Positions 9,006 through 19,429 are shown, counted from the stretch's first letter. The stretch: 64,000 nucleotides of DNA from an uncultured Oscillospiraceae bacterium (GCA_947625045.1 CANQMW010000015.1:1429-65428); one strand, 5' to 3'. The notes: generated by a model not told the origin, from the sequence alone. Translations and numbers: made by a program.

Positions 9006-9848
9006 ATGGGCGCGTTCAAGGATTTTAAGAGGAAAAAGGACTTTCTGGTGTGCGTGGACTCGGACGGCTGCGCCATGGACACCATGGACTGCAAGCACAT
9101 CCACTGCTTCGGCCCGAAGATCATCGACGAGTGGGGCCTGGAGGCCTGGAAGGACGACATCCTGACCCGCTGGAACGAGATAAACCTCTACTCCATGACC
9201 CGGGGCATCAACCGTTTCAAGGGTCTGAACATGATGCTCACGGAGATCAACGAGAAATATACCCCCATCGAGGGTCTGGCCGACCTGACCGCCTGGGTGA
9301 ATTCCGGCGCGGCCCCCAGCAACGACGCCCTGCAAAAGGCCATCGACGAGACGGGAAGCCTCATCCTCAAAAAGGCGCTGAGCTGGTCCAAGGCGGTGAA
9401 CGAGGCCATCAACGCCCTGCCCGACAGCATGAAGCTGCCCTACCCCGGGGTGCAGGAGGCCCTGGCCCTGGCCCATGAAAAGGCAGACGTGGCCATCGTG
9501 TCCAGCGCCAACCCCGGCGCGGTGCTGGAGGAATGGGAAAAGTACGGCCTGCTGCCCCATACGGACGTGGTCTGCGCCCAGGACGTGGGCAGCAAGGCGT
9601 TCTGCATCGCGGAGCTGTTGAAACAGGGGTACGACCCCGACCACGTGCTCATGTGCGGCGACGCGCCGGGGGACATGGACGCGGCAACGAAAAACGGCGT
9701 GCTCTACTACCCCATCCGGGTCCGGCAGGAGAAGGAGTGCTGGGAAGAGTTCGTGTCCGAGGGCTTCGGCCATCTTCTGGACGGCACATACGCCGGCGCA
9801 TACCAGCAGGCAAAGATAGACGCATTCCTGAAAAATCTGGGGGGCTGA
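9006..9848 (+). CDS. HAD superfamily hydrolase (phosphatase-like)
   Basis: RBS AGGAGGAGG. The N-terminal VCVDSDGCAMDT matches the HAD DxD motif I. A late GDAPGDMD matches motif IV. Confidence 0.7.
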   Translation: MGAFKDFKRKKDFLVCVDSDGCAMDTMDCKHIHCFGPKIIDEWGLEAWKDDILTRWNEINLYSMTRGINRFKGLNMMLTEINEKYTPIEGLADLTAWVNSGAAPSNDALQKAIDETGSLILKKALSWSKAVNEAINALPDSMKLPYPGVQEALALAHEKADVAIVSSANPGAVLEEWEKYGLLPHTDVVCAQDVGSKAFCIAELLKQGYDPDHVLMCGDAPGDMDAATKNGVLYYPIRVRQEKECWEEFVSEGFGHLLDGTYAGAYQQAKIDAFLKNLGG

Positions 9849-9887
9849 GGCCCTGTCATAAGCATTATATAAAAGGAGGAGAAAGCC

Positions 9888-11663
9888 ATGGTAGACATGA
9901 AAGCGAAGCCCTTTTTCCTGACGGATGAGGACTGCAAGTGGGTGGAGGACACCATCGCCGGGATGAGCCTGGACGAGAAGATAGGCCAGCTCTTCTTCAA
10001 CATGGGCGATAGCCGGGACGAGGAATATCTGAAGATGACGGTCAATAAGTACCACATCGGCGGCATCCGCTATAACCCCGGCAAGGCCGACGAGATATAC
10101 GAGCAGAACCGCATCCTCCAGGAGAACAGCAAGATCCCTCTCATCATCGCCTGCAACACCGAAAACGGCGGCAACGGCGCCTGCGTGGACGGCACGCCCA
10201 TCGGCTGCCAGACGAAGATCGGCGCCACCCGGGACCCCAAGTACGCCCACGACCTGGGCTACATGTCCAACAAGGAGGCCGCGGCCATCGGCTGCAATTT
10301 GTCCTTCGCCCCGGTCAGCGACATCTTCCTGAACTGGGAGAACCCGGTCATCGGCCTGCGCACCTACGGCAACGACACCGACCAGGTGGCGGCCATGGCC
10401 AAGGCGTATTTGGAGGGCGCCCATGAGAATCCCGGCTTCGCCTGCGCCGCCAAGCACTTCCCCGGCGACGGCCTGGACTTCCGGGACCAGCACGTGGCAA
10501 ACTCCGTGAACTCCTATTCCTGCGAGGAATGGGACGCCACCTTCGGCAAGGTCTATGAGACGCTGATCGACGCGGGCCTGGAGGCCATCATGGCCGGGCA
10601 CATCATGCAGCCGGCCTATACCCGCCACTTCAATCCCACCATCGCCGACGACGACATCATGCCCGCCACCCTGTCCCCGGAACTGATCACCGGCCTTCTG
10701 CGGGGCAAGCTGGGCTTCAACGGCATGGTCCTCACCGACGCCAGCCACATGGTGGGCCTCACCTGCCGCATGCAGCGCAAGGACCTGATGCCCGCCGCCA
10801 TCGCCGCGGGCGTGGACATGTTCCTGTTCTTCAACGACATGGAGGAGGACTTCAACGCCATGAAGGCGGGCTATCTGGACGGGCGCATCACGGAAGAGCG
10901 CCTCAGCGACGCCCTGCACCGCATCCTGGCCCTCAAGGCCCACATGGGCCTGCACAAAAAGGCCAAGACCGAGATCATGCCCCCCAGGGCGCAGGTCCAT
11001 GAGATCGTGGGTTGCGCGGAGCACAAGGCGGCCCAGAAGGAGATCGCCGACAAGGCCATCACCCTGGTGAAGTACAAGGACGCCGACGTGCTGCCCATGA
11101 TACCGGAGCGCTATAAGCGCATCATGATCGTGTACGTGAAGGGCCTGGAGGCCCCCGGCCTGGGCGCGCTCTTTAACCAGAACGCCGTGTCTCCCGCCGA
11201 CAAGCTGCGGGACCGGCTGAACGCCCGCGGCTTCGACGCCTTTGTGTACGAGAGCCCCATCCAGAAGCTGATGCAGCAGATACAGCGGGGCGAGAAGGCG
11301 GACCTGAACCTCTACTTCGCCGGGAAGTCCGCCATCAAGGACTTCGTGGCCGGCCAGGACCTGATCATCACCATGGTGGACATCGCCGGCGGCTTCCAGC
11401 CGGTGGCCCGGCCCGCCTTCGGCATGACCAAGGGCGGCGGCGAGATCCCCTGGTACGTCCACGAGCTGCCCGTCATTGTTGTGGGCACCCAGCAGCCCTT
11501 CGTCCTGGCGGACATCCCCCAGGCCCGGACCTATATCAACACCTACGACAGCCTGGACACTACCCTGGACGCCCTGGTGGAAAAGCTCATGACCGGCCCG
11601 GAGGCTTTCCACGGCCAGGACCCGGTGGACGCGTTCTGCGGCGTGTGGGACACGCACCTGTAA
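9888..11663 (+). CDS. Glycoside hydrolase family 3 protein (paralog 1)
   Basis: 591 aa, RBS AGGAGGAG. GH3 N-domain signatures are present: KIGQLFF, AKHFPGDG and VLTDASHM. Confidence 0.85.
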   Translation: MVDMKAKPFFLTDEDCKWVEDTIAGMSLDEKIGQLFFNMGDSRDEEYLKMTVNKYHIGGIRYNPGKADEIYEQNRILQENSKIPLIIACNTENGGNGACVDGTPIGCQTKIGATRDPKYAHDLGYMSNKEAAAIGCNLSFAPVSDIFLNWENPVIGLRTYGNDTDQVAAMAKAYLEGAHENPGFACAAKHFPGDGLDFRDQHVANSVNSYSCEEWDATFGKVYETLIDAGLEAIMAGHIMQPAYTRHFNPTIADDDIMPATLSPELITGLLRGKLGFNGMVLTDASHMVGLTCRMQRKDLMPAAIAAGVDMFLFFNDMEEDFNAMKAGYLDGRITEERLSDALHRILALKAHMGLHKKAKTEIMPPRAQVHEIVGCAEHKAAQKEIADKAITLVKYKDADVLPMIPERYKRIMIVYVKGLEAPGLGALFNQNAVSPADKLRDRLNARGFDAFVYESPIQKLMQQIQRGEKADLNLYFAGKSAIKDFVAGQDLIITMVDIAGGFQPVARPAFGMTKGGGEIPWYVHELPVIVVGTQQPFVLADIPQARTYINTYDSLDTTLDALVEKLMTGPEAFHGQDPVDAFCGVWDTHL

Positions 11664-11675
11664 GGAGGATACCCT

Positions 11676-13451
11676 ATGGTCGATCTAAAAGCCAATCCCT
11701 ATTTCCTGTCCGACGAGGACATCGCCTGGGTGGAGAAGACCATCGCGGCCATGACCGACGAGGAGAAGGTGGGCCAGCTCTTCTTCCAGCTCACCTCCAG
11801 CCAGGAGGAGGGCTATCTCAAAGAGCTCATGGAGAAATACCACCTGGGCGGCTGCCGGTATAACGGCATGCCCGGGGCGAAGGTGCTGGAGCAGAACCGC
11901 ATTTTGCAGAAATACGCCAAGGTGCCCCTCATCATCGCCTGCAACACCGAGGCCGGCGGCGACGGCGCCTGCTCCGACGGCGTGAACATCGGCTCCGGCA
12001 TCAAGATAGGCGCCACCGGCAATGCCCAATACGCCCACGACCTGGGCCGCATGGCGAACGAGCAGGCCGCGGCCATCGGCTGCAACATGGCCTTCGCGCC
12101 GGTGTGCGACATCCACTACAACTGGCAGAATGAGGAGATCATCTCCCGGGGCTTCGGCAATGACCCGGAGCGGGTCGCCGCCATGAGCCGGGCCTATCTG
12201 GACGGGGCCCACACCATCCCCGGCTTTGCCTGCGCCGCCAAGCACTTTCCCGGCAACGGCCAGGACTACCGGGACGCCCACATGGCCAACAACGTGAACG
12301 AATTCGACCGGGACCAGTGGATGGCCACCTACGGCATGGTCTACAAGACCCTCATCGACGGCGGCCTGGACGCCATCATGGGCGGGCACATCATGCTGCC
12401 GAAGTACATGCGTGAGGTAAAGCCCGGTATCACCGACGACGAGATGCTGCCCGCCACATTGTGCCCCGAGATCATGACCGGGCTATTGCGGGAGGAACTG
12501 GGCTTCAACGGCATGGTGGTCACCGACGCCAGCCACATGGTGGGCATGACGGACCGTATGAAGCGCCGGGACATGCTGCCCGCCGCCATCAACGCCGGGT
12601 GCGACATGTTCCTGTTCTTCAACGACCCGGATGAGGACTTCTCCACCATGCTGGACGCCTATAAGACCGGCGTCATCAGCGAAGCGCGCATGACCGAGGC
12701 GCTGACCCGCATCCTGGGCCTCAAGGCCCACATGGAGCTGAACAAAAAGGCCAAGGAAGAGCTTGTCCCCTCCCCCGAGGCCCTGCCTGGGGTGCTTTCA
12801 GACCCCAGCTACAAGAAGACCGCCGAGGCCATCAGCCGGGAGGCCCTGACCCTGGTGAAGTACAAGGACGAGGGCGTGCTGCCCCTGGATCCCAGGAAGA
12901 CCCGCCGAGTCATGATCGTGTACGTGAAGGGCGCGGACGGGCCCATGGCGGCCCTGATGGCCATGGCCATGGGCGCCGGCGGCAAGCGGAAAAACCCCGC
13001 CGAGGACCTGCGGGACCGGCTCATCGAAAAGGGCTTCGACGCCTTCATCTATGAGAGCCCCCTGGAGAAGATCAAAAAGCAGATCGCCGCGGGCGAGGCC
13101 CCCAGCCTGAACCTGTACTTCGCCGGGAAGAACGCCATCGCGGACTTCGTCTCCCAGATGGACCTGGTCATCACCCTCTGCGACGTGGCCAATGGGCACC
13201 CCGCCTTCGGCATGAGCAAGGGCGGCGGCGAGATACCCTGGTACGTATTCGAGGTGCCCGTGGTGGCGATAAGCGTGAACCTGCCCACCATGCTGGCGGA
13301 CATCCCCGCCGTGCGCACCTACATCAACGCCTACGACGCCAAGCCCTACACCATGGACGCGCTGGTGGAGGCGCTGGTGACCGGGCCGGAGGCATTCCAC
13401 GGGAAGGACCCCATCGACAGCTTCTGCGGTCTTTGGGATACCCGCATCTAA
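11676..13451 (+). CDS. Glycoside hydrolase family 3 protein (paralog 2)
   Basis: 591 aa, colinear with 9888..11663. Same KVGQLFF, AKHFPGNG and VVTDASHM motifs. Confidence 0.85.
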   Translation: MVDLKANPYFLSDEDIAWVEKTIAAMTDEEKVGQLFFQLTSSQEEGYLKELMEKYHLGGCRYNGMPGAKVLEQNRILQKYAKVPLIIACNTEAGGDGACSDGVNIGSGIKIGATGNAQYAHDLGRMANEQAAAIGCNMAFAPVCDIHYNWQNEEIISRGFGNDPERVAAMSRAYLDGAHTIPGFACAAKHFPGNGQDYRDAHMANNVNEFDRDQWMATYGMVYKTLIDGGLDAIMGGHIMLPKYMREVKPGITDDEMLPATLCPEIMTGLLREELGFNGMVVTDASHMVGMTDRMKRRDMLPAAINAGCDMFLFFNDPDEDFSTMLDAYKTGVISEARMTEALTRILGLKAHMELNKKAKEELVPSPEALPGVLSDPSYKKTAEAISREALTLVKYKDEGVLPLDPRKTRRVMIVYVKGADGPMAALMAMAMGAGGKRKNPAEDLRDRLIEKGFDAFIYESPLEKIKKQIAAGEAPSLNLYFAGKNAIADFVSQMDLVITLCDVANGHPAFGMSKGGGEIPWYVFEVPVVAISVNLPTMLADIPAVRTYINAYDAKPYTMDALVEALVTGPEAFHGKDPIDSFCGLWDTRI

Positions 13452-13468
13452 AGAAAAGGAGGAGAGAA

Positions 13469-15736
13469 ATGCGTCAAGTTATCAACATCGACAAAGGCTG
13501 GAAGTTCATCAAAGCCGATGCGGGCCTGCCCGATAAACTGCCCGCGGACTGGGAGAGCATCGACCTGCCCCACACCTGGAACGCGGTGGACGGCTGCGAC
13601 GGCAACGGCAGCTACTATCGCGGCAAGTGCTGGTACGCCCGCACCTTTGCCACCCCGAAGCAGCCCCTGGCCGGGGACCGGGTATTCGTGGAGGTGCTGG
13701 CCGCGGGCCAGCAGGCCACGGTGTATGTGAACGGAACCGAGGTCATCTACCACGAGGGCGGCTACTCCACCTTCCGGGCGGACGTGACCGACCTTTGCAA
13801 AGAGGGCGAAGAAAACCTGCTGGTGATCGCCTGCTCCAACGAGGAGAAGAGCAGCGTCTATCCCCAGTCCGCCGACTTCACCTTCTACGGCGGCCTCTAT
13901 CGGGGCGTGAACATCATCTCTGTCCCCGACGCCCACTTCGACCTGGAGTACTTCGGCGGGCCGGGCCTGGCCGTGACCCCCAAGCCCCAGCCCTGCGGCG
14001 GCGCCACCTTTGAGCTGAACGCCTGGGTGAAGAACGCCGACGAGAACTTCACGGTCCTGTGGTCCATCGAGGACGAGGAGGGCAACGAGGTGGCCGCGGC
14101 CTGCCGCCCGGCGGCGAGCCCCGCCGTGACCGTATCCGTGCCGGACGCCAACCTCTGGAGCATCGACGAGCCCTACCTCTACACCGTCACCGCCACGCTG
14201 CAGCGGCGGAACGAGGCCTATGACGAGATCGCCTGCCGGGCGGGCGTGCGGAGCTTCTCCGTCACCCCCGACGAGGGCTTCATCTTAAACGGCGTCCAGA
14301 CCCCCCTCCGGGGCGTCAGCCGCCACCAGGACCGGCTCTACAAGGGCAACGCCCTCACCGCCGACGACCACTACGAGGACGCTTACCTCATCAAGGAGCT
14401 GGGGGCCAACACCATCCGCCTGGCCCACTATCAGCATTCCCAGGACTTCTACGACGCCTGCGACGAACTGGGCTTCATCATCTGGGCGGAAATCCCCTTC
14501 ATCAGCGTGTTCAATAAAGACCCCGCCGCCCACGAAAACTGCGTCAGCCAGATGACGGAGCTCATCATCCAGAACTACAACCACCCCTCCATCTGCTTCT
14601 GGGGCGTGTCCAACGAGATACTGATCGGCGGCATCAGTGAGAAGCTTGTGGAAAATCACAAGGAGCTCAATGAGCTCTGCCACAAGCTGGACCCGACGCG
14701 CCTGACCACCATCGCCCACGTGTCCATGACCCCGGTGGAGAGCCCCATGCACCACATCACCGACGTGGAGAGCTACAACCACTACTTCGGCTGGTACGGC
14801 GGCAAGATGGAGGACAACGGGCCTTGGCTGGATAACTTCCACAAAGTCCACCCGGACATCTGCTTGGGCATGAGCGAGTACGGCTGCGAGGGCATCATCA
14901 CCTACCACGGGCCGAACCCCGCCTGCAAGGACTATTCCGAGGAGTATCAGGCCCTGTACCATGAGCACCTGGCGAAGGTCTTCGATGAGCGGCCTTGGAT
15001 ATGGTCCACCCACGTGTGGAACATGTTCGACTTCGGGTGCGCTGCCCGGAACGAGGGCGGCGTGGCCGGCCGGAACAACAAGGGCCTCATGACCATGGAC
15101 CGGAAGACCAAGAAGGACAGTTATTATGTCTACCAGGCCTATTGGACGAAGGAGCCCATGGTGCATATCTGCGGCAAGCGGTACGCCCAGCGGGCCGGGG
15201 AGACCACCCTTGTAAAGGTCTACTCCAACCAGCCCACCGTGGAGCTCTACCTCGACGGGGAGAAGATCGCCGAACAGAGCGGGGAGAAGGTCTTTGAATT
15301 CACCGTCGCCCTCAAGGACGGCTTCAACACCCTCCTGGCCGTGGCGGGGCCCGTGAAGGACACCGCGACCATCGAGAAGGTAGAAAAGGAGCCGGCCATC
15401 TACGTGCTGCCCGAGGTCAACGAGCGGGCCGAGGGTGTGGCCAACTGGTTCAAGATGGTGGGCGACCTGGACCTGACCGCCCCCATGGAGTTCCCCGAGG
15501 GTTACTACAGCGTCAAGGATACCATGGAGGAGCTCTTTAAGAACGAAGAGGTGGGCGCCGTTGTCCGCAAGGCCGTAAAGATGGCCACCAACTTCGACGT
15601 GGCCCCCGGCGAGGGCATGTGGGGCATGATGAAGGGCATGACCCCCGAGGCCATGATGAGCCTTGGCGGCGGCATGCTGCCGGAGGGCTTCCTGGAGAGC
15701 CTGAACGCTCAGCTCATCAAGATCAAAAAGGCGTAA
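13469..15736 (+). CDS. Glycoside hydrolase family 2 protein (beta-galactosidase/glucuronidase-like)
   Basis: Start chosen at MRQVINIDKGW, with AAAGGAGGAG 6 nt upstream. GH2 blocks are present: NTIRLAHYQHS, WGVSNEI (acid/base Glu) and MSEYGCEG (nucleophile Glu). Confidence 0.85.
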   Translation: MRQVINIDKGWKFIKADAGLPDKLPADWESIDLPHTWNAVDGCDGNGSYYRGKCWYARTFATPKQPLAGDRVFVEVLAAGQQATVYVNGTEVIYHEGGYSTFRADVTDLCKEGEENLLVIACSNEEKSSVYPQSADFTFYGGLYRGVNIISVPDAHFDLEYFGGPGLAVTPKPQPCGGATFELNAWVKNADENFTVLWSIEDEEGNEVAAACRPAASPAVTVSVPDANLWSIDEPYLYTVTATLQRRNEAYDEIACRAGVRSFSVTPDEGFILNGVQTPLRGVSRHQDRLYKGNALTADDHYEDAYLIKELGANTIRLAHYQHSQDFYDACDELGFIIWAEIPFISVFNKDPAAHENCVSQMTELIIQNYNHPSICFWGVSNEILIGGISEKLVENHKELNELCHKLDPTRLTTIAHVSMTPVESPMHHITDVESYNHYFGWYGGKMEDNGPWLDNFHKVHPDICLGMSEYGCEGIITYHGPNPACKDYSEEYQALYHEHLAKVFDERPWIWSTHVWNMFDFGCAARNEGGVAGRNNKGLMTMDRKTKKDSYYVYQAYWTKEPMVHICGKRYAQRAGETTLVKVYSNQPTVELYLDGEKIAEQSGEKVFEFTVALKDGFNTLLAVAGPVKDTATIEKVEKEPAIYVLPEVNERAEGVANWFKMVGDLDLTAPMEFPEGYYSVKDTMEELFKNEEVGAVVRKAVKMATNFDVAPGEGMWGMMKGMTPEAMMSLGGGMLPEGFLESLNAQLIKIKKA

Positions 15737-15793
15737 AAAATGTATTTTTGCTCCCGGGGGGAGCTGAAATAAACAAGAAAAGGAGTAAAAACA

Positions 15794-17179
15794 ATGGCAA
15801 ACGAAAACCCCACCCTGCGCCCCTTCGGCATAAGGGATAAGCTGGGCTACATGTTCGGTGACTTCGGCAACGACTTCACCTTCATTTTGTCCTCCTCCCT
15901 GCTGATGAAGTTCTACACGGACGTTATGGGCGTCAGCGCCGGCCTTGTCGGCGTCATGATGATGCTGGCCCGTTTCGTGGACGCGTTCACCGACGTGACC
16001 ATGGGCCAGATCGTGGACCGGTCCAAGCCAACCAAGGACGGCAAGTTCAAGCCCTGGCTCCGCCGGATGTGCGGCCCCGTGGCGGTGGCCTCCTTCCTGC
16101 TGTACGCCACATGGTTCAAGGACATGGCCATGGGCTTCAAGATCTTCTGGATGTTCTTCACCTACCTCCTCTGGGGCAGCGTGTTCTACACCTCCATCAA
16201 CATCCCCTACGGCTCCATGGCGTCCGCCATCTCCGCCGAGCCCAAGGACCGCGCTGAGCTGTCCACCTTCCGTACCATCGGCGCGACCCTGGCCGGCACC
16301 TGCATCGGCGTGATCATGCCCCTCATCATCTACTACACCAACGAAGCCGGTCAGCAGGTCATGGCTCCCAACAAGGTCATCATCTTCTCCCTGATCTGCT
16401 CCGTCGGCGCGGTGGTGTGCTATCTGCTCTGCTTCCACATGACCACCGAGCGTGTGAAGGTCGAGCAGAAGACCGAGAAGTTCAATCTCGGCAAACTGCT
16501 GAAGGGCTTGGTCACCAACAAGGCCCTCATCGGCATCGTGGTGGCCTCCATCTGCCAGCTGTTGGTCCAGCTGACCAGCCAGGGCATGATGGCCTATGTG
16601 TACCCCAACTACTTCGGCAACATCCAGGCGCAGTCCATGGCCGGTCTCGTGGGCACCGCCATCACCCTGATCTGCTCCGTGTTCGTGGTGAAGCTGTCCA
16701 CCATGTTCGGCCGCAAGGAGCTGGGCATCTATGCCTCCATCCTGGGCACCGTGGTGTTCGTCATCGCCTTCATCATGCACACCCATAACGCCTGGGTGTT
16801 CCTGGGCCTGTACTCCGTCAGCTACATAGGCCTGGCCATCTTCTCCCTGATCTGCTGGGCCATGATCACCGACGTCATCGACGACACCGAGGTGCGCACC
16901 GGCTCCCGCTCCGACGGCGAGATCTATTCCGTGTACTCCTTCGCCCGGAAGCTGGGCCAGGCGGCCTCCTCCGGCGTCACCGGCCTGCTGCTGACCATGA
17001 TCGGCTACACCGCCGAGACCCAGTTCGAAGAGAGCGTCACCAACGGCATCTACAACATCACCTGCCTGGTGCCCGCCATCGGCTACGCCTTGCTCGCGGT
17101 GGTGCTGATTTTCCTGTACCCCCTGAACAAGAAGCGCGTGGAGTCCAACGTGGCCACCCTCGCGGAGCGCCGCAAGTAA
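15794..17179 (+). CDS. GPH-family (glycoside-pentoside-hexuronide):cation symporter, MFS superfamily
   Basis: 461 aa, 12 TM. The N-terminal KLGYMFGDFGNDF signature is typical of MelB/YicJ-type transporters. Confidence 0.8.
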   Translation: MANENPTLRPFGIRDKLGYMFGDFGNDFTFILSSSLLMKFYTDVMGVSAGLVGVMMMLARFVDAFTDVTMGQIVDRSKPTKDGKFKPWLRRMCGPVAVASFLLYATWFKDMAMGFKIFWMFFTYLLWGSVFYTSINIPYGSMASAISAEPKDRAELSTFRTIGATLAGTCIGVIMPLIIYYTNEAGQQVMAPNKVIIFSLICSVGAVVCYLLCFHMTTERVKVEQKTEKFNLGKLLKGLVTNKALIGIVVASICQLLVQLTSQGMMAYVYPNYFGNIQAQSMAGLVGTAITLICSVFVVKLSTMFGRKELGIYASILGTVVFVIAFIMHTHNAWVFLGLYSVSYIGLAIFSLICWAMITDVIDDTEVRTGSRSDGEIYSVYSFARKLGQAASSGVTGLLLTMIGYTAETQFEESVTNGIYNITCLVPAIGYALLAVVLIFLYPLNKKRVESNVATLAERRK

Positions 17180-17241
17180 GTCCTGTCCCCGCCGGCGGGT
17201 CCTCCAGGCCCACCGGCGTGAGCGAAAGAAACTCTCCCAAC

Positions 17242-17273
17242 AAAAAAGCTCCGGTAAAAACCGGAGCTTTTTT
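17242..17273. terminator. Bidirectional Rho-independent terminator
   Basis: AAAAAAGCTCCGG-TAAAAA-CCGGAGCTTTTTT. Confidence 0.85.
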
Positions 17274-17343
17274 GTATGGGGTCATCCGTACTCATGCCGA
17301 CCGCCTCTGCGGAAACGCCTGGAAAGATCCGGCCGGACCTATT

Positions 17344-18792
17344 TCACTGTCCCGCCAGCGCGTCCAGACGCGCTTTTACGCCATCCCCCTCTTTCGGGAA
17401 CGGGTATTCATTTCTGTTGCCGAGCTGGAGGGGAAAATCAAACACATAGGTCTCCCCGCCCGGCTGTACAGAGTATTTTCTCTGGGTGTAAGGGATCATC
17501 GGGACCGTATCAAGCGCCCCCATCCATCCATGGGAGACAGAAACGAAGGTGTTCTGCGACGCGATCCTGAAAGAGCTCTCAAACATGCCAAGCATCTCGC
17601 TGACCTTGTATCTGAACTCGCCGTCCGCTTCTCTCATGGAAGTGATCACATAGAGCAGACCGTCGCTCCCCAGGCAGTAATCCCAGGCGGCAGAACAGCC
17701 ATCTTCCTCGATCCGCTCAAAATGCTCCAGCAGCCAGCCATTAAAACGAACGGTGACCTGCTCAAAGGAAGTTACCGTTTTCCTCTCTTTCCGATAACGG
17801 GTCTCCTTTTTGAAAAGCCCCACCTTCACTTCATAAGGCACATCTTCTTCGACTGTTTTTTCCCTCTTTATCCTTCCGCTGACAGATACATCAAACGGTT
17901 TGCTGCATGTCTCTGCGGCATGATGGGCTTTCTTGTACACCGATACTGCTATATCCCGCATCTGCCCAAAGGTCTCGCCGTCTCCGCCCAGCGCGGGAAT
18001 GACCGCGTTATTTCCATAATGAATGATATCCCAAAGCGAGACGGTGATCTGCGTGCACCACATCATCCCGCTGTCTCCCAGCCATTGGAGCCATGACTGA
18101 ACGCCGTTTTTCTGGTACCAATCCAGCATGCTCCCCTCGGGATGCACCGCATGATCCATCTCGTAATCCACGCGGCCGCATTCATCGGCAAGGAGCGTGC
18201 AGCCGGACAGATCCCGCACGCGCTGGACCGGGGTCTTTTTCACATCCTCGAGGCTTTCGCCGAATCCCTCCGCTTTGAGCCGGAAGTAATGCTGGTCCAC
18301 CAGATTGCAGAAGTCGCCCTCATAATTGAGCCCGTACAACGCGGTGGCCAGGACTGTTTGTTCAAACAGGCCCGTTATATCCCCGCCGTTTTCAATGCCC
18401 TGAACAAACGACTCAGCGATGGATCTTTCTGACTCGGAGTAAGTATGTATCAGGATCGCTGCCGCCGCTATCTTGAAGCGTGGTTCCTGTGAAAACGCGG
18501 GGTCCTGAAGCAACCCGTTGTCGGTAACGCCATTGATTATGGCGCTGTACGCAGAAGGATAGGCGTTCGGACCTTTGCTGAGGTCCATGAAGTGATTATA
18601 GATCGGCATAAAATTGGGGTGATCCTGCGCCAGTTTTTCCAAAACAGGCGGAAGCATCAGGACGAACATCACACGGGTCACACCATCCTTATCGTCCTCA
18701 TAGCGCAGCCCGGCATTCTTAAGGTCCCGATTGGCCAAAAGCATTTTTGCGAGCAGGATCGCCTCATTTTCTTTATAGATCTTACCAGCCAT
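17344..18792 (-). CDS. Hypothetical protein, 482 aa, no family recognised
   Basis: Strong RBS AGGAGGT 8 nt upstream of the ATG. Soluble, Trp/Cys-rich, with no motif I can assign. Composition is visibly less GC-rich than the flanks. Confidence 0.6.
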   Translation of the reverse strand: MAGKIYKENEAILLAKMLLANRDLKNAGLRYEDDKDGVTRVMFVLMLPPVLEKLAQDHPNFMPIYNHFMDLSKGPNAYPSAYSAIINGVTDNGLLQDPAFSQEPRFKIAAAAILIHTYSESERSIAESFVQGIENGGDITGLFEQTVLATALYGLNYEGDFCNLVDQHYFRLKAEGFGESLEDVKKTPVQRVRDLSGCTLLADECGRVDYEMDHAVHPEGSMLDWYQKNGVQSWLQWLGDSGMMWCTQITVSLWDIIHYGNNAVIPALGGDGETFGQMRDIAVSVYKKAHHAAETCSKPFDVSVSGRIKREKTVEEDVPYEVKVGLFKKETRYRKERKTVTSFEQVTVRFNGWLLEHFERIEEDGCSAAWDYCLGSDGLLYVITSMREADGEFRYKVSEMLGMFESSFRIASQNTFVSVSHGWMGALDTVPMIPYTQRKYSVQPGGETYVFDFPLQLGNRNEYPFPKEGDGVKARLDALAGQ

Positions 18793-18875
18793 TATCTTTT
18801 ACCTCCTGTCATTCATGCCTCATGAATACGCAGGCAGGGAACAGGCCCTCCGGGCCCGTTCCCTGCCTTTGCCTT

Positions 18876-19028
18876 TCAGCAATACTTGTTAAACTCGTCG
18901 ATAGCGGCGCTCAGAGAGGAGAAGGGACCGTACTTGGACCTGCCGTCCATAACATACACCCAAAAAGTCACACCGTCTCCCTCGATCCAGCAATGGCCAT
19001 AGGAACTATTGCCTTCTCTGTAAACCAT
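18876..19028 (-). CDS. Hypothetical 50-aa protein (below the ORF-track cutoff)
   Basis: Hand translation gives MVYREGNSSYGHCWIEGDGVTFWVYVMDGRSKYGPFSSLSAAIDEFNKYC. RBS GAAGGAGGAG lies 6 nt upstream. The gene is upstream of and co-oriented with the 482-aa gene. Confidence 0.5.
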   Translation of the reverse strand: MVYREGNSSYGHCWIEGDGVTFWVYVMDGRSKYGPFSSLSAAIDEFNKYC

Positions 19029-19162
19029 GATATGCTCCTCCTTCTTTATGATCCTGTTGCAGAGTGTTTCCCCCGCATACTTACATTTATTATCTTATTA
19101 GATGAAAGTACGTTTGTCAAGATGACAATACGTGCAAAAAGCAGGTGGACCGCAGTCCCATG

Positions 19163-19241
19163 CCGCGCCGACAAAAAGCGGTTTTTATGATCGGGCGAAA
19201 ATTGCAGAACATATGGCCGACAAGCCAATAGGGCGGCATTG
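19163..19241 (+). repeat. Copy A of a 79-nt dispersed direct repeat (partner at 41535..41613)
   Basis: An ungapped hand alignment gives 70 of 79 identical positions, same orientation. Both copies lie in non-coding DNA. Confidence 0.8.
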
Positions 19242-19429
19242 TAAAGATGCTCCATCCCATCCCCGGTACCGTGCGCTTCTATTTTTTAACTCCCGCTTTA
19301 CCAGCTCCTCAAAAAGGAACCCGCTGCGGAGCAGCTTTTGGAATATAGTGTCTCTCCGATTTCATCTACAAACATGCTGCTGCATAGTGCCCAACATGCT
19401 GCGATCCAAAGCCGAAGGATCCTGATCGT

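Noticed and set aside
8973-11657. 894-aa minus-strand ORF opposite the HAD and GH3 genes
   Set aside because: Same reasoning: an antisense shadow in GC-rich DNA with low-complexity composition and no start context.
14285-16786. 833-aa minus-strand ORF opposite the GH2 and GPH transporter genes
   Set aside because: An antisense shadow spanning an intergenic region. The sense genes carry clear family motifs.
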